This document shows positions 9,880 through 20,100 of a stretch of 64,000 bases of DNA, piece by piece. The notes under the pieces are model-generated. The model ran no database searches. It was not told where the DNA came from and was given only the letters and a program-made list of their open reading frames with translations. The DNA comes from Planctomycetota bacterium (GTDB lineage: Bacteria; Planctomycetota; UBA1135; UBA2386). The stretch is taken from positions 4,768,001-4,832,000 of the forward strand of contig OZ245006.1 of the NCBI GenBank assembly GCA_965223545.1, read 5' to 3'. The stretch's first letter is position 1; every line of letters starts with the position of its first letter. The position numbers and the translations under genes were made by a program.

Positions 9880-12800
9880 CTATTGAAGTGGTGGCGCCGC
9901 TTCGCGGATGGTGGCGCCGGCCTCCTCACTGAGCACGAGGATGGCGAAACGCTCGACGTCACCGTGAGCACCAGACAGCGACGCGTAGTCGAACCGGCCG
10001 CGCAGGTCGGTGTAGCCGTCCTTGTAGAACACCACGCCGCCACCCGCGCGACGGGCGAACACCTTGACGTAGACCCGGGGCATCGGTCGGCCGCGGTCGT
10101 GGTCGGTGACCTCGAGCTGGCCGTAGCTGTCGATCATGCGCACCGCCATCGAGTTGGCGAAGTAGGGTTGGCGCTGGACCAGGCCAGCGCCGCGCACCTC
10201 TACGAGCACATTGGCGTTGGCGAACTCGGCGGGCAGGTCGAACACCGTCTCGCGGTCGGCCGCGGCCAGCGCGACGCGGTCCTCACGGTTGGGTTTGACG
10301 TAGGCGAAAGCGCCGCTGCCCTGCTGCACGAACGGGTGCGTCGAGAACAAGAACTCGACGTCCATCAGGTAGTAGCTCACCGAGCACTGCTCGAGATTCT
10401 GATGCCGCAAATGCACGCGGCGCGACTCGACCCGCAGCTCCAGCGACGGCTCCGCGGCCGCGAGCTCGTTCTGCGCCTGGACTCGGTTGTCCGGATCACT
10501 GCGCTGCGCGCCCATGCCCGAAGCTTCATCGAGCTGGTGCAGCACGTCCTGGAACATTGCTCGCCACCGGCTCACCGGGTGGTCCGCGTAGCGTTCGGCG
10601 ATCGCGCGCGCAGTCGCCGGCGTCTCGCTGAAGAACGCGAGGTAGGCGCGCATGTAGTCGTACTGCAGCTCGCTGTGCAGCTGCTGTGGATCGACCTTGG
10701 CGAAGCTGCGCAACGCCTCGTGCACGCGATCCTGCAACAGCAGGTAGTAGGTCACCGACATCCAGTCGTTCGCATCCAGCTGCGGGCGGTCCGCCAAGAT
10801 CAGCAACAGGGCGGCGTACTGGCGGGCGAAGTCGGCGTTGAGAATCTCGCGCCGCTTGCCGAAGCGATGGGCGCGGCCGTTGATGAGCGGCTCGTACTCG
10901 ACGTGTTGATAGGCGTGGCGCTCGATCGGGTCGATGCTCAGCAGTGGTGAGTCGAGCCAGCGCCCGCACTGGGCGATGAAGCCGTCGGCGTGCTGTAGGT
11001 ACTCCCGTGTCACCGCGGCGTCGCCGTGGTGCAGGCCGTAGCTCCACAGCACCGGGTGGTAGACGTGGCGGGAACGCAACCGGTCGAGCACGGCGGCGAA
11101 CGCGTTCGCGTCGCGCATCCGCCAGGCGATCTGGCTCAGGTCGATGCGCGCCAGGTTGTGACCGTCGAGATAGGCGAGCACGGCCTCGGTCGAGCCGTTC
11201 TGCGAGATGTGCTCCCACGACGAGGTGTCGATCCGGCTCGGCGTGGCGACGGCGCGCAGCGTGCGCGACTCTGCATGGGCCAAGAGGCCCTCGCCATCGC
11301 TGACGTGCACGGGGTAGTGGGTGAACTCGCCGCTCGCGGGGAAGTAGAACGCGTACTCGACCGTCGCCGTCGAGTACGGTTCGAGCCGCAGCGGCACGCT
11401 GCGCGTCGCGAAGCCGTTGTTCACCGGGATCGCGCCGCGCGGGATCTGCAACAGCAGCCGGATCTGCCGCGGCGCAGACGTCGGGTTGGTGGCGACGACC
11501 TGGCAGCCGTAGGTGATGCCGATCAAGAATTCGTCGGTGACGAACTTGTCGCGGCGCTCGTTGCCTTCGAAGCGGTAGCGATCGTCGAGCCGGTACAGGT
11601 TCTGCGTCACCAGCAGTGGCGCGGTGTCGGCGCGCACCGCCGTGTCGACGATCTCCTGCCGCACCAGCAGCAGCGGGCTGTTCGCCTGCAGCGTCACTCG
11701 CCGGCCGTCGACTTCGGTGCCGTGCTCGCCGGCGGCGAACGGCAGGTCGAGCACCGACAGCGCGAACATCATCTCGGCGAACGAGCCAGTCGCCTCGGCA
11801 AACCGGCCGGAGACGAACGGTCCGTCGCCGGCGGCGGCGAAGTCGCGCCAGAAGCCGTTGACCGCGATCCAGTCGCCGACCTGCTCCTCGATGCGCCGGT
11901 GCCAGTAGTTGTGCTCGACGAACCGTTGGGTCGGATCGACTTGGCGGTAGAGCGCCTTGCCCTGCTCCCGCTGCTTGGCCTCCTCCTTGCGCCGGGCGCC
12001 GCCCATGAAGAACTCGTCGGAGCCGGTCACCGCATTCGGCGCCTCTTCGGCCTCCTCGGCCGGCTCCGGCGCGGCGGCGCGCTCCATGTCCATCTCCTCA
12101 CCGGCTGCGCGATCCTGCTGGGAGCGGCTGTCGGAGCGGAGTGCACGTCGCGCCTCGCCCAGTCGGGCCCGCAGCTCGCCGGCCTTGTCCAAGTCCTTGT
12201 TGCGCAATGTCGCGCGCATCAAGCGGTCCAGCTTGGCGGGGTCGGGAGGCAACAGATCGTGCAGGTCGGCGACCAGGCGGCGCACCGAGTCGCGCTGTGC
12301 CGTTAGGCGCCGGGCGAGCAGGATGCGCTCGACCAGGTTGAGGCGGGCGAACGCCCACGGCTCGAGGTAGCGCTCCAGGTCGGCACCCAAGAGCCAGTGA
12401 TCGAGGAACGTCTGGTGCACCTTGTTGGCCAGATATGGCTGCACCACGGCGGCGAAGAATGCCGGGTCCTTCTGGTGGAGGAAGAAGTGCAGCTCGTGGC
12501 AAGCGTGCTCGGAGTAGAGCGCCCGCTTCTGCTCGTCCGACTGCTCGTGCCAGCGCGTGACGAAGGCGAACTTGGCCAGATCGGCGTCGTCGGTCTGTGC
12601 CATGAACAGGCGGTGGACCCCGGCGAGGGTGTCGAAGGTCTGCGCCTCCGCGTGGGCGGCGTCCGCCAGGACGGCGCTCTCGCCGGCGGCGATGAACTCG
12701 ATGCGCTGTTCTTGGCTGAGGTGGCGGGCGGGGTCGAGGGCGTTCTCCAGTGCCCGCTCGCGCGGCGCGAGCGGGGTCTCGGCGCGGACCCGCGTGGTGT

Positions 12801-15800
12801 AGACCGTGTCGCGGTCGTCGGTGGCGAGCACGTGCAGCAGCGCCCCGTCGCCGAGCGCGGCCAGTGGCACGCGGACGACGCCGTCCGCGTCGGGGGTGGC
12901 GTTGGTGTGCAGCGGCGCTCCGGCGGGCAAGAAGTCCAGGTTGGCGTAGGTGCCCGGCGCCGACTCCAGCGCCGCGGCGTCATCGCCGGCGGCGGCGGTG
13001 CCCGGCCGTTGCCGGTGACCGCCGCGGCCGCCGAACTTGCCGCCGGCACCCCCGCCGAGGCCGATCGCCGTCGCCGTCTCCTCCAGGGCCCACGGGTTGA
13101 GCAGCAGGCCGGGACGGCGCAACAGGTTGCCGGGATAGCGCGGCAGCAGGCGGCGCTCGAGGATGTAGCGGTACTCGTCGCCGATCTCCCGGCCCGAGTG
13201 GAACGACGACCCTTCCGGTGTCGACGGCATCCAGCGCAGCCCGGGGTGGGCGGGACCGCGCAGTGCGAACGCCTCGTACGCCGGCAGATAGCGGGTCGCG
13301 CCGACGTGCACGCGGGCATCCACACCCGCGTTGGCCAGCTGCACGACCAGGTGATCCCCGTCGATCGAAGTCCGCGTCACGTGCAGCGGTCGCTTGGCCG
13401 GCTGCTCCAGGTTGCGGCCCGCCCCGGCGGTCCAGCCGCCGCGCGGCGCGCCGGCGGTGATGCGGACCGTGAAGTGGCGGTCTTGCTCGATCAGCCACAG
13501 CGAGTAGTCGCCGGGCGTCAGATCGCGCAGCTCGACGAAGCCGCCGGCGACCGCGGTGTGCTCGATCGCGTCGGCCTCGAACACGCCGCCGCGCAGGCGG
13601 AGCAGCGACACCGATTGTCGCGTCGCCGCGCCCGCCGGACCGAGATACGGAACCCGGATGGTCTGTCCGGCGAGGCCGTGCAGCACGGGGGGGTAGGTGC
13701 GCACCGCGTCGCGCAGCCGCACCGCGCCGACCGCCCACGGAAACCCCGACACCTGCAGCGTTTCGATGCCGAGCAGCGGACCGAGGTGGATGCGGCCGCC
13801 CTCGTCGGTCTTCAGCGTCACGTCGACGGGGTCGGTGTAGTCGCGGTGGCTCAGGCGAAGGTGCAGGGCGCGGCCGGCCCTGGGTTCGCCGTTCTTGCCG
13901 AGGAGGTCGATGAAGTAGCCCTCCGGCGTGCGGCCGATCAGGGGGCAGCCGGTCTGCGGGGTGGTGTCGATGCGGTTGAGGGCAAAGCTGCGCGTCACCG
14001 GACCGAGCTGGACGTCCTCCCCGCGACTCAAACTGCGGACCGTTCCACTGACGCTGACCTGGACCTCGACGATGTTGGTCGGCACCGAGAGCTCGTGCTG
14101 CCACTCCCGTTCGTCGTCGAACTCCGGGTCGCGCACATCGACCGTCGAACCGATCCCCTGAGTGTCGGTGGCGGTGATGCGCACGCGCCGCTCGGTGAGC
14201 TCGGACAGGCTGATCGGGCGACCGTTGAGCAGCAGGGTCGGCCGCACCACGACTTGTGCGCGGCCGCCGGCGCGCAGCGCCTCGCGCTCGACGTGGATGC
14301 CGGCCTGCAGGCCGTAGCTCTCGGTGTGGTGCTCGAACTCTGCCAGTGCGGCCCGGTCGCCATGCCGCAGGATCACCGCCTTGCGGCCGGGCGCGGTCGA
14401 AAACGGCACCGTGATCTCGCCGTCGTCGTCGGCGCGGTAGTCGCGGCCGCCGATCCACACGGAGGCGTCTTCGAGCACGTTGCCGTCTCCGTCGCGCACC
14501 GCGAACGCGTGGCCCGCGGCGCTGGCGCGCTCGGTGTGCCACAGTCTGCCCTTGTGCAGCACGGCGCGGCTGGCGAGGCCGTTGCCGATGAACTCGACGA
14601 CGTAGACGCCCGGGCGTTGCACCGCCGGCAGGGCGAACTGCCGCCGCACCCGGCGCAGCGGGTTGTCGTCGTAGGAGTGGGTCTCCTCGTGGTTGGCGAC
14701 CAAGCCGTCCAGATTGATCGAGGCGTCGACTTCGCGGCCGACTTCGCGGTAGTAGTTGAAGGTGTTGATCTCGAACACCTTGACCAAGAGGGTGTCGACG
14801 TTCTTCAGGTCGACGTCGATGGTCACCGGATCCTCGTCGCCGTAGTCGGTGCGCTGGGTCGGCGGAAACTCGATCTCGACGCGCTCCTTCAGAGCCTCGT
14901 AGTATCCGGGGTCGTCGAGCAGCGAGTACCACCGCTCCATGTCACCACGGCCGGCCAAGATCTTGATCTCGGCGAACTGGCGGCGCAGATAGGTCGGATC
15001 CAGCACCTCGGCGAAGCTGTCGAACGAGTCGGCGTCGCGCAGGGCGTGCGCCAAGTACGCGCGCACCAGCGGTTCGTCGTCCCCGATCGGCGGCAGGCCG
15101 GTGGGGAAGCCGCGGCCGGGATCGACGCGCACGCTCGTGTTCTCCTGGCGGAGTCGGGGGTGGACGTAGTGGCCGGGCCGCGGCAGGCGCAGATAGGCGC
15201 GGAAGCGGCCCAGGTCCGGAGTGCCGGCCGCCAGATCATCGCGCAGGCGGTGGTAGAGCACGTGCGCTTTGAGCGAGTTGTAAGGTGGCGGCAGTCGGTC
15301 GGCGAACGCCTGCAGGCGCTGCAAGTAGGCGACCCGCGCACCTCGGTCGCGCCGCCAATCGACGTCGGCGGAAGGCAGAAGCCGCGGCAGGTACGTCTCG
15401 ACGAAGTTGTTGTCGCTGAGCAGCGACGGCAGCAGGCGGGCGCATTCCTCGAGCTGGTCGAGCAGCAGGTGGCGGTGGATCGCGAGCGAGCCGAAGCCGC
15501 GGCTGCTGCGGTCCTGTAGGTTGCGCACGACCAGCGCCGGCAGGTTGGCGACGTCGGGGCGCTGCAGCCGCGACAGCAAGCTCATCAGCTGGCGGTCGTC
15601 CAAGCGGGTGGTGGCGAGATCGCGCAGCGCGCGCGGTTGGAAGCCATTGGTCGAGCCCCGGTGACCGCGCAGTGCGCGGGCGGTCAGCGTCGCCGCGCTG
15701 ATCGCGCGCGGATCGAGCGCGGTCGGCACGTCCGGCGCGGCGCCCGGGATCTGGCGCTGGTGGCCGAAGTTCACCCCGAGGCGGCGCACGAGATGCCGCA

Positions 15801-16122
15801 TCGTGGCGTTCGGGTCCTGCTCGTAGGTCAGCAGAGCGCGCCGGTTCTCCGCCGTGAGCACGCGTTGGGTGCGGCCGTGGCGACCGATCCACGCCTTCAG
15901 CAGATTGTCGTGCTCGCCCCACGCGCGGCGGTGGGCGGCGTCCCGGCAGTGATACTCGTAGAAGTCTTCCGTGCCGGGGATCAGCTGCTCGAGCGCCGCG
16001 GCCCGGTCCTCGGCCAGCGCGTACTGCTCCTCGAAGCCGATCGGAACCCCCTGAGCCACCGCGGCAGCTTGCGGGAGGAGGACGGTCAGGGTGGCCAGCC
16101 AGAGGCGTCGGTGTGCGTGCAT
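9880..16122 (-). CDS. Very large (~2080 aa) exported protein of unknown function, possibly with macroglobulin-like domains
   Basis: Uninterrupted long ORF; signal peptide; C-terminal YVKVF...KDGYTDLRGRFDY motif. Confidence 0.85.
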   Translation of the reverse strand: MHAHRRLWLATLTVLLPQAAAVAQGVPIGFEEQYALAEDRAAALEQLIPGTEDFYEYHCRDAAHRRAWGEHDNLLKAWIGRHGRTQRVLTAENRRALLTYEQDPNATMRHLVRRLGVNFGHQRQIPGAAPDVPTALDPRAISAATLTARALRGHRGSTNGFQPRALRDLATTRLDDRQLMSLLSRLQRPDVANLPALVVRNLQDRSSRGFGSLAIHRHLLLDQLEECARLLPSLLSDNNFVETYLPRLLPSADVDWRRDRGARVAYLQRLQAFADRLPPPYNSLKAHVLYHRLRDDLAAGTPDLGRFRAYLRLPRPGHYVHPRLRQENTSVRVDPGRGFPTGLPPIGDDEPLVRAYLAHALRDADSFDSFAEVLDPTYLRRQFAEIKILAGRGDMERWYSLLDDPGYYEALKERVEIEFPPTQRTDYGDEDPVTIDVDLKNVDTLLVKVFEINTFNYYREVGREVDASINLDGLVANHEETHSYDDNPLRRVRRQFALPAVQRPGVYVVEFIGNGLASRAVLHKGRLWHTERASAAGHAFAVRDGDGNVLEDASVWIGGRDYRADDDGEITVPFSTAPGRKAVILRHGDRAALAEFEHHTESYGLQAGIHVEREALRAGGRAQVVVRPTLLLNGRPISLSELTERRVRITATDTQGIGSTVDVRDPEFDDEREWQHELSVPTNIVEVQVSVSGTVRSLSRGEDVQLGPVTRSFALNRIDTTPQTGCPLIGRTPEGYFIDLLGKNGEPRAGRALHLRLSHRDYTDPVDVTLKTDEGGRIHLGPLLGIETLQVSGFPWAVGAVRLRDAVRTYPPVLHGLAGQTIRVPYLGPAGAATRQSVSLLRLRGGVFEADAIEHTAVAGGFVELRDLTPGDYSLWLIEQDRHFTVRITAGAPRGGWTAGAGRNLEQPAKRPLHVTRTSIDGDHLVVQLANAGVDARVHVGATRYLPAYEAFALRGPAHPGLRWMPSTPEGSSFHSGREIGDEYRYILERRLLPRYPGNLLRRPGLLLNPWALEETATAIGLGGGAGGKFGGRGGHRQRPGTAAAGDDAAALESAPGTYANLDFLPAGAPLHTNATPDADGVVRVPLAALGDGALLHVLATDDRDTVYTTRVRAETPLAPRERALENALDPARHLSQEQRIEFIAAGESAVLADAAHAEAQTFDTLAGVHRLFMAQTDDADLAKFAFVTRWHEQSDEQKRALYSEHACHELHFFLHQKDPAFFAAVVQPYLANKVHQTFLDHWLLGADLERYLEPWAFARLNLVERILLARRLTAQRDSVRRLVADLHDLLPPDPAKLDRLMRATLRNKDLDKAGELRARLGEARRALRSDSRSQQDRAAGEEMDMERAAAPEPAEEAEEAPNAVTGSDEFFMGGARRKEEAKQREQGKALYRQVDPTQRFVEHNYWHRRIEEQVGDWIAVNGFWRDFAAAGDGPFVSGRFAEATGSFAEMMFALSVLDLPFAAGEHGTEVDGRRVTLQANSPLLLVRQEIVDTAVRADTAPLLVTQNLYRLDDRYRFEGNERRDKFVTDEFLIGITYGCQVVATNPTSAPRQIRLLLQIPRGAIPVNNGFATRSVPLRLEPYSTATVEYAFYFPASGEFTHYPVHVSDGEGLLAHAESRTLRAVATPSRIDTSSWEHISQNGSTEAVLAYLDGHNLARIDLSQIAWRMRDANAFAAVLDRLRSRHVYHPVLWSYGLHHGDAAVTREYLQHADGFIAQCGRWLDSPLLSIDPIERHAYQHVEYEPLINGRAHRFGKRREILNADFARQYAALLLILADRPQLDANDWMSVTYYLLLQDRVHEALRSFAKVDPQQLHSELQYDYMRAYLAFFSETPATARAIAERYADHPVSRWRAMFQDVLHQLDEASGMGAQRSDPDNRVQAQNELAAAEPSLELRVESRRVHLRHQNLEQCSVSYYLMDVEFLFSTHPFVQQGSGAFAYVKPNREDRVALAAADRETVFDLPAEFANANVLVEVRGAGLVQRQPYFANSMAVRMIDSYGQLEVTDHDRGRPMPRVYVKVFARRAGGGVVFYKDGYTDLRGRFDYASLSGAHGDVERFAILVLSEEAGATIREAAPPLQ

Positions 16123-16483
16123 CGTCGTGGTGGGCAAGAAACTGCGGGGCTCGTGTCGATTCCGGAGACCGCGCTGAACGCGGGTTGGCGCGATCCGTTC
16201 CCGTCGCCAGCAGAGTTTGACGCGGTCGCCGCGCGCGCGGCATGCTCGAAGGGCCGAAACCGCGGCCGCAGCGCATGGTCTGTCCGCTTGGCTGTCCTAT
16301 CGGCGCGCGCCCGGGCGCGACCCCACCGCTTGCCGGCGGTGGGGAGGAATCCCCGTGGGTCGACGTCGGTGCTCCGTATACTCCCTGCCGCTTGCCTTGA
16401 CTCCGATCCGCCGCTCAAAGCCCTTGCCGCCCGCTGTCGAGCCCGCGCCCAGCGGCCCTGGCGAGGGGCCGGCGGAGGGCGGG

Positions 16484-17092
16484 GTGGAGGTTCCCGCGCT
16501 CACCGAAGACGAGCGCGAAGAGCACCGGCTGGCGCTGGCGGCGCGCGCTGGCGATCGCGACGCCTTTCGCGCGCTGGTCGAGCGCTACCAGCACCGGCTG
16601 TTTCGCTACCTTCTGCGGCAGCATCGCTGTGATCCGGAGACCGCCGCCGATCTGACGCAGGAAGTGCTGCTGCGCATGTACCGCGGTTTTGCCAGCTACG
16701 ACCCGCGCGCCCGGCTGTCGACGTGGATCTACAAGATCGCGACCAACGTCGTCATCAGCGAGCACCGGCACCGCAAGGCGCTGAAGCGGGATCGCTGGAC
16801 CTTCTCGCTCGACGCGCCAAGCCCGGACGGCGATGAGCGCAGCTACGACCCCGAGGACGCGGCGCCGCGCCCGGAGGAGAGCGCCCACCACGCCGAGATC
16901 GGGGCCGCGGTGCGCGCCGCGATCGCCGCCCTGCCGGACGAGTTCCGCCAGACGGTGCTGCTGCGCGACCTGCAGGGGCTGAGCTACGAGGAGATCGCCG
17001 AGGTCGTCGGGATCCCCCCTGGTACGGTGCGTTCGCGCATCCACCGTGGCCGGTTGTTGCTGCAGCAGGCGCTGGAAGAGTACCGGCCCTGA
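16484..17092 (+). CDS. ECF (sigma-70 group 4) RNA polymerase sigma factor
   Basis: GDRDAFRALVERYQ, DLTQEV, STWIYKIATN, LSYEEIAEVVGIPPGTVRSRIHRGR; start uncertain (GTG 16484 or TTG 16397). Confidence 0.92.
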   Translation: MEVPALTEDEREEHRLALAARAGDRDAFRALVERYQHRLFRYLLRQHRCDPETAADLTQEVLLRMYRGFASYDPRARLSTWIYKIATNVVISEHRHRKALKRDRWTFSLDAPSPDGDERSYDPEDAAPRPEESAHHAEIGAAVRAAIAALPDEFRQTVLLRDLQGLSYEEIAEVVGIPPGTVRSRIHRGRLLLQQALEEYRP

Positions 17093-17174
17093 GGCGATGG
17101 CCCGTCGGCATGCCGATGGGTGTTGATAGCCTTGCCCGTCAGCCGAACAGGCTCGATGCTGCCGGCCACGCAGA

Positions 17175-20100
17175 ATGAGCGACTCTCGACCGATGACTGA
17201 TGATTCTCCGACCGCGGCGGCGCGTTGGCGCTCGCTGTGCGATCGCGCGCTGCGCCAGCGCGAGGCGCTGCGCGCGATCGGCGGCGAGGACCCCAACGCG
17301 ATCGCCGTGGTCGGCATGGCGTGCCGGTTTCCGGGCGCCGGCGACATCGAGGCGTACTGGCGCAATCTGCGGGACGGCGTCGAGTCGGTGTCGGCGTTCA
17401 GTCGCGAAGAAGCGGTGGCCAACGGTGCCGATCCGGACTTGGTCGGCGACCCGGACTACGTGTTGGCCGGAGCCGTGCTCGAGGACGTCGATGCCTTCGA
17501 CGCCAAGTTCTTCGGCATCAATCCGAAAGAGGCTGCGGCGATGGATCCGCAGCACCGCGTGTTCTTGGAGTGCGCGTGGAACGCGCTCGAGCACGCCGGC
17601 TACGCACCGGAGCAGTGCCCGCGCTCGACCGCCGTGTTCGGCGGCTGCGGGCTGGCGACCCGACACATCCAGGATTTGGCCGAGAGTGCCGACCTCAACG
17701 CCTCGCTAGCGGTAGCGCAGCTCGGGGTGGGCAGCTACGCCGATTTCTTGTGCACCCGCGTGTCGTTCAAGCTCGGCTTGCAGGGCCCGGGTCTCGACAT
17801 GCAGACCGCGTGCTCGACATCGCTGGTCGCGGTCGCGATGGGCTGGCAGGCGCTGCGCACGCAGCAGTGCGACATGGTGTTGGCAGGGGGCGTCTCGATC
17901 CGCTATCCGCGCCGCACCGGCTACCTCTACACGCCGGGGGAGATCCTGTCGCCGGACGGCCACTGCCGGCCGTTCGACGCGATGGCGATGGGGACGGTCG
18001 CCGGCGAAGGCGTCGGCGTGGTCGTGCTCAAGCGGCTGGCCGACGCGATCGCCGACGGCGATCAGGTGTACTGCGTCGTGCGCGGCGCGGCGCTCAACAA
18101 CGATGGCGACGACAAGGTCAGCTTCTACGCGACCAGCGTCGAGGCACAGGCCGACGTCGTGCTCGAGGGCATGGCGCACGCCGGTGTCGAGCCGCGGGCG
18201 GTGAGCTACGTCGAGTGCCATGGCACGGCGACGCCGTTGGGCGACCCGATCGAGATCGCGTCGCTCGACCGCGCGTTCCGCGCGGCGACCGCCGATCGCG
18301 GTTTTTGCGCCATCGGCTCGGTCAAGTCCAACTTCGGCCACGCCGACGCCGCGGCGGGTGTCGCCGGTGTGATCAAGACGGCGCTCGCCCTGCGGCACCG
18401 AACGCTGCCGGCGAGCTTGCACTACCGGGCGCCCAATCCCGAGATCGACTTCGAGGCGACGCCGTTCCACGTCAACGCGACGACCACGGACTGGTCGACC
18501 GACGGGCCGCGCTACGCCGGCATCAACTCGTTCGGCATCGGCGGCACCAACGCGCACGTCGTGCTGCAGGAGGCGCCGGAGTTGCCGCCGACCGATCCGG
18601 GGCGCGCGGCCGAGCTGCTCGTCGTGTCGGCGAAGAGCGAGGCGGCGCTGGAGCAGAGCGCGGCGCGGTTGGCGGCGCATCTGCGCGCGGCCGGCGAGCC
18701 GCCGCTCGCCGACGTCGCCTTCACCACTCAGGTCGGGCGCGCCGCGTTCACCCATCGTCGCTGTGCGGTCGGCGCGGACGCCGAGGAGCTGGCGGCAGCG
18801 TTGGAGGCGAGCGATCGTCGACGGCCGGCGGTGGTCGAGGGAGATCCGCCGCCGGTGGTGTTCGTATTCCCCGGCCAGGGCGCGCAGCACGTGGACATGG
18901 GGCGCGCGCTGTACGACGGCGAGCCGGTCTACCGGGAGGCGTTGGACCAATGCGCGGCCCTGCTCGAACCCCACCTGGGGACCGATCTGCGTGCCGTGCT
19001 CTATCCGGCGGAGACCACCGAGACGGCCCACGAGGCGGCGGCGCAGCAGCTGCAGCAGACGCGGCTCACGCAGCCGGCGCTCTTCGCCGTCGAGTACGCG
19101 ACCGCCCAGCTGTGGATGTCGCTCGGTGTGCGTCCAGCAGCGATGGCCGGACACAGCGTCGGCGAGCTGGTCGCGGCAACGCTCGCCGGCGTGTTCGCGC
19201 TCGCCGATGCGGTGCGCATCGTCGCCGCGCGCGGAGCGATGATGCAGGATCTGCCGGCCGGTTCGATGCTGTCGGTGCCGCTGTCCGAAGCCGACGTCCA
19301 GGAGTACGTCGGCGCGGAGGTGTCGGTGGCCGCGGTCAACGGCCCGGCGTCGTGCGTTCTGGCCGGGCCGAATGCGGCGATCGCGTCCGTGTCTTCAGCG
19401 CTCGAGGCCAAAGGGCTGCCGTGTCGTGCGCTGAAGACGTCGCACGCGTTCCACTCGGCGATGATGCAGCCGATCGTGGCGCCGTTCGCAGCGCTGGTCG
19501 GCGAAGTCGAGCGGTCTCCGGCGCAGATCCCGTGCGTGTCGACCGTCACCGGCGATTGGATCGATGCCCGCGACTGGGTCGATCCGGAGTACTGGGCGCG
19601 CAACCTGCGCCAGCCGGTGCGCTTCTACGACGCCGCGCGTGCGCTGGTTGCCGAGCCGCGAGTCGTGCTCGAAGTCGGTCCCGGGCGCACGCTGAGCGCG
19701 TTGATCAAGCAGCACGCGGCGCGCGCTGGCAAGCGCACGGTGCTGACCTCGCTGCGCCACCCGCAGGATCCGCCGGAGAACGATCTGCGCACCTGGCTGG
19801 CGAGCGTCGGGCGGTTGTGGTGCGAGGGCATCGGCGTGGATTGGCGCGCGTTTTGGGCCGGCCGGCGGCGGCGGCGGGTGCCGTTGCCGGGCTATCCGTT
19901 CGAACGCGTGCCGTTCGCGATCGCGCGCACGGGGCATCGGACTCCGGCCGCCGCTGCATCCGCTGCCGGGCCGGCGCGGGCGCCGGTCGCCGCACGGCTG
20001 CCGCTCGAGCGCTGGTTCTCGCTGCCGACGTGGGTGCGGTCGGCGTGGCCGCCGGTCGAGGCAGCGGTGGGCGAGGGCGGTTGGCTGATTCTCGACGACG

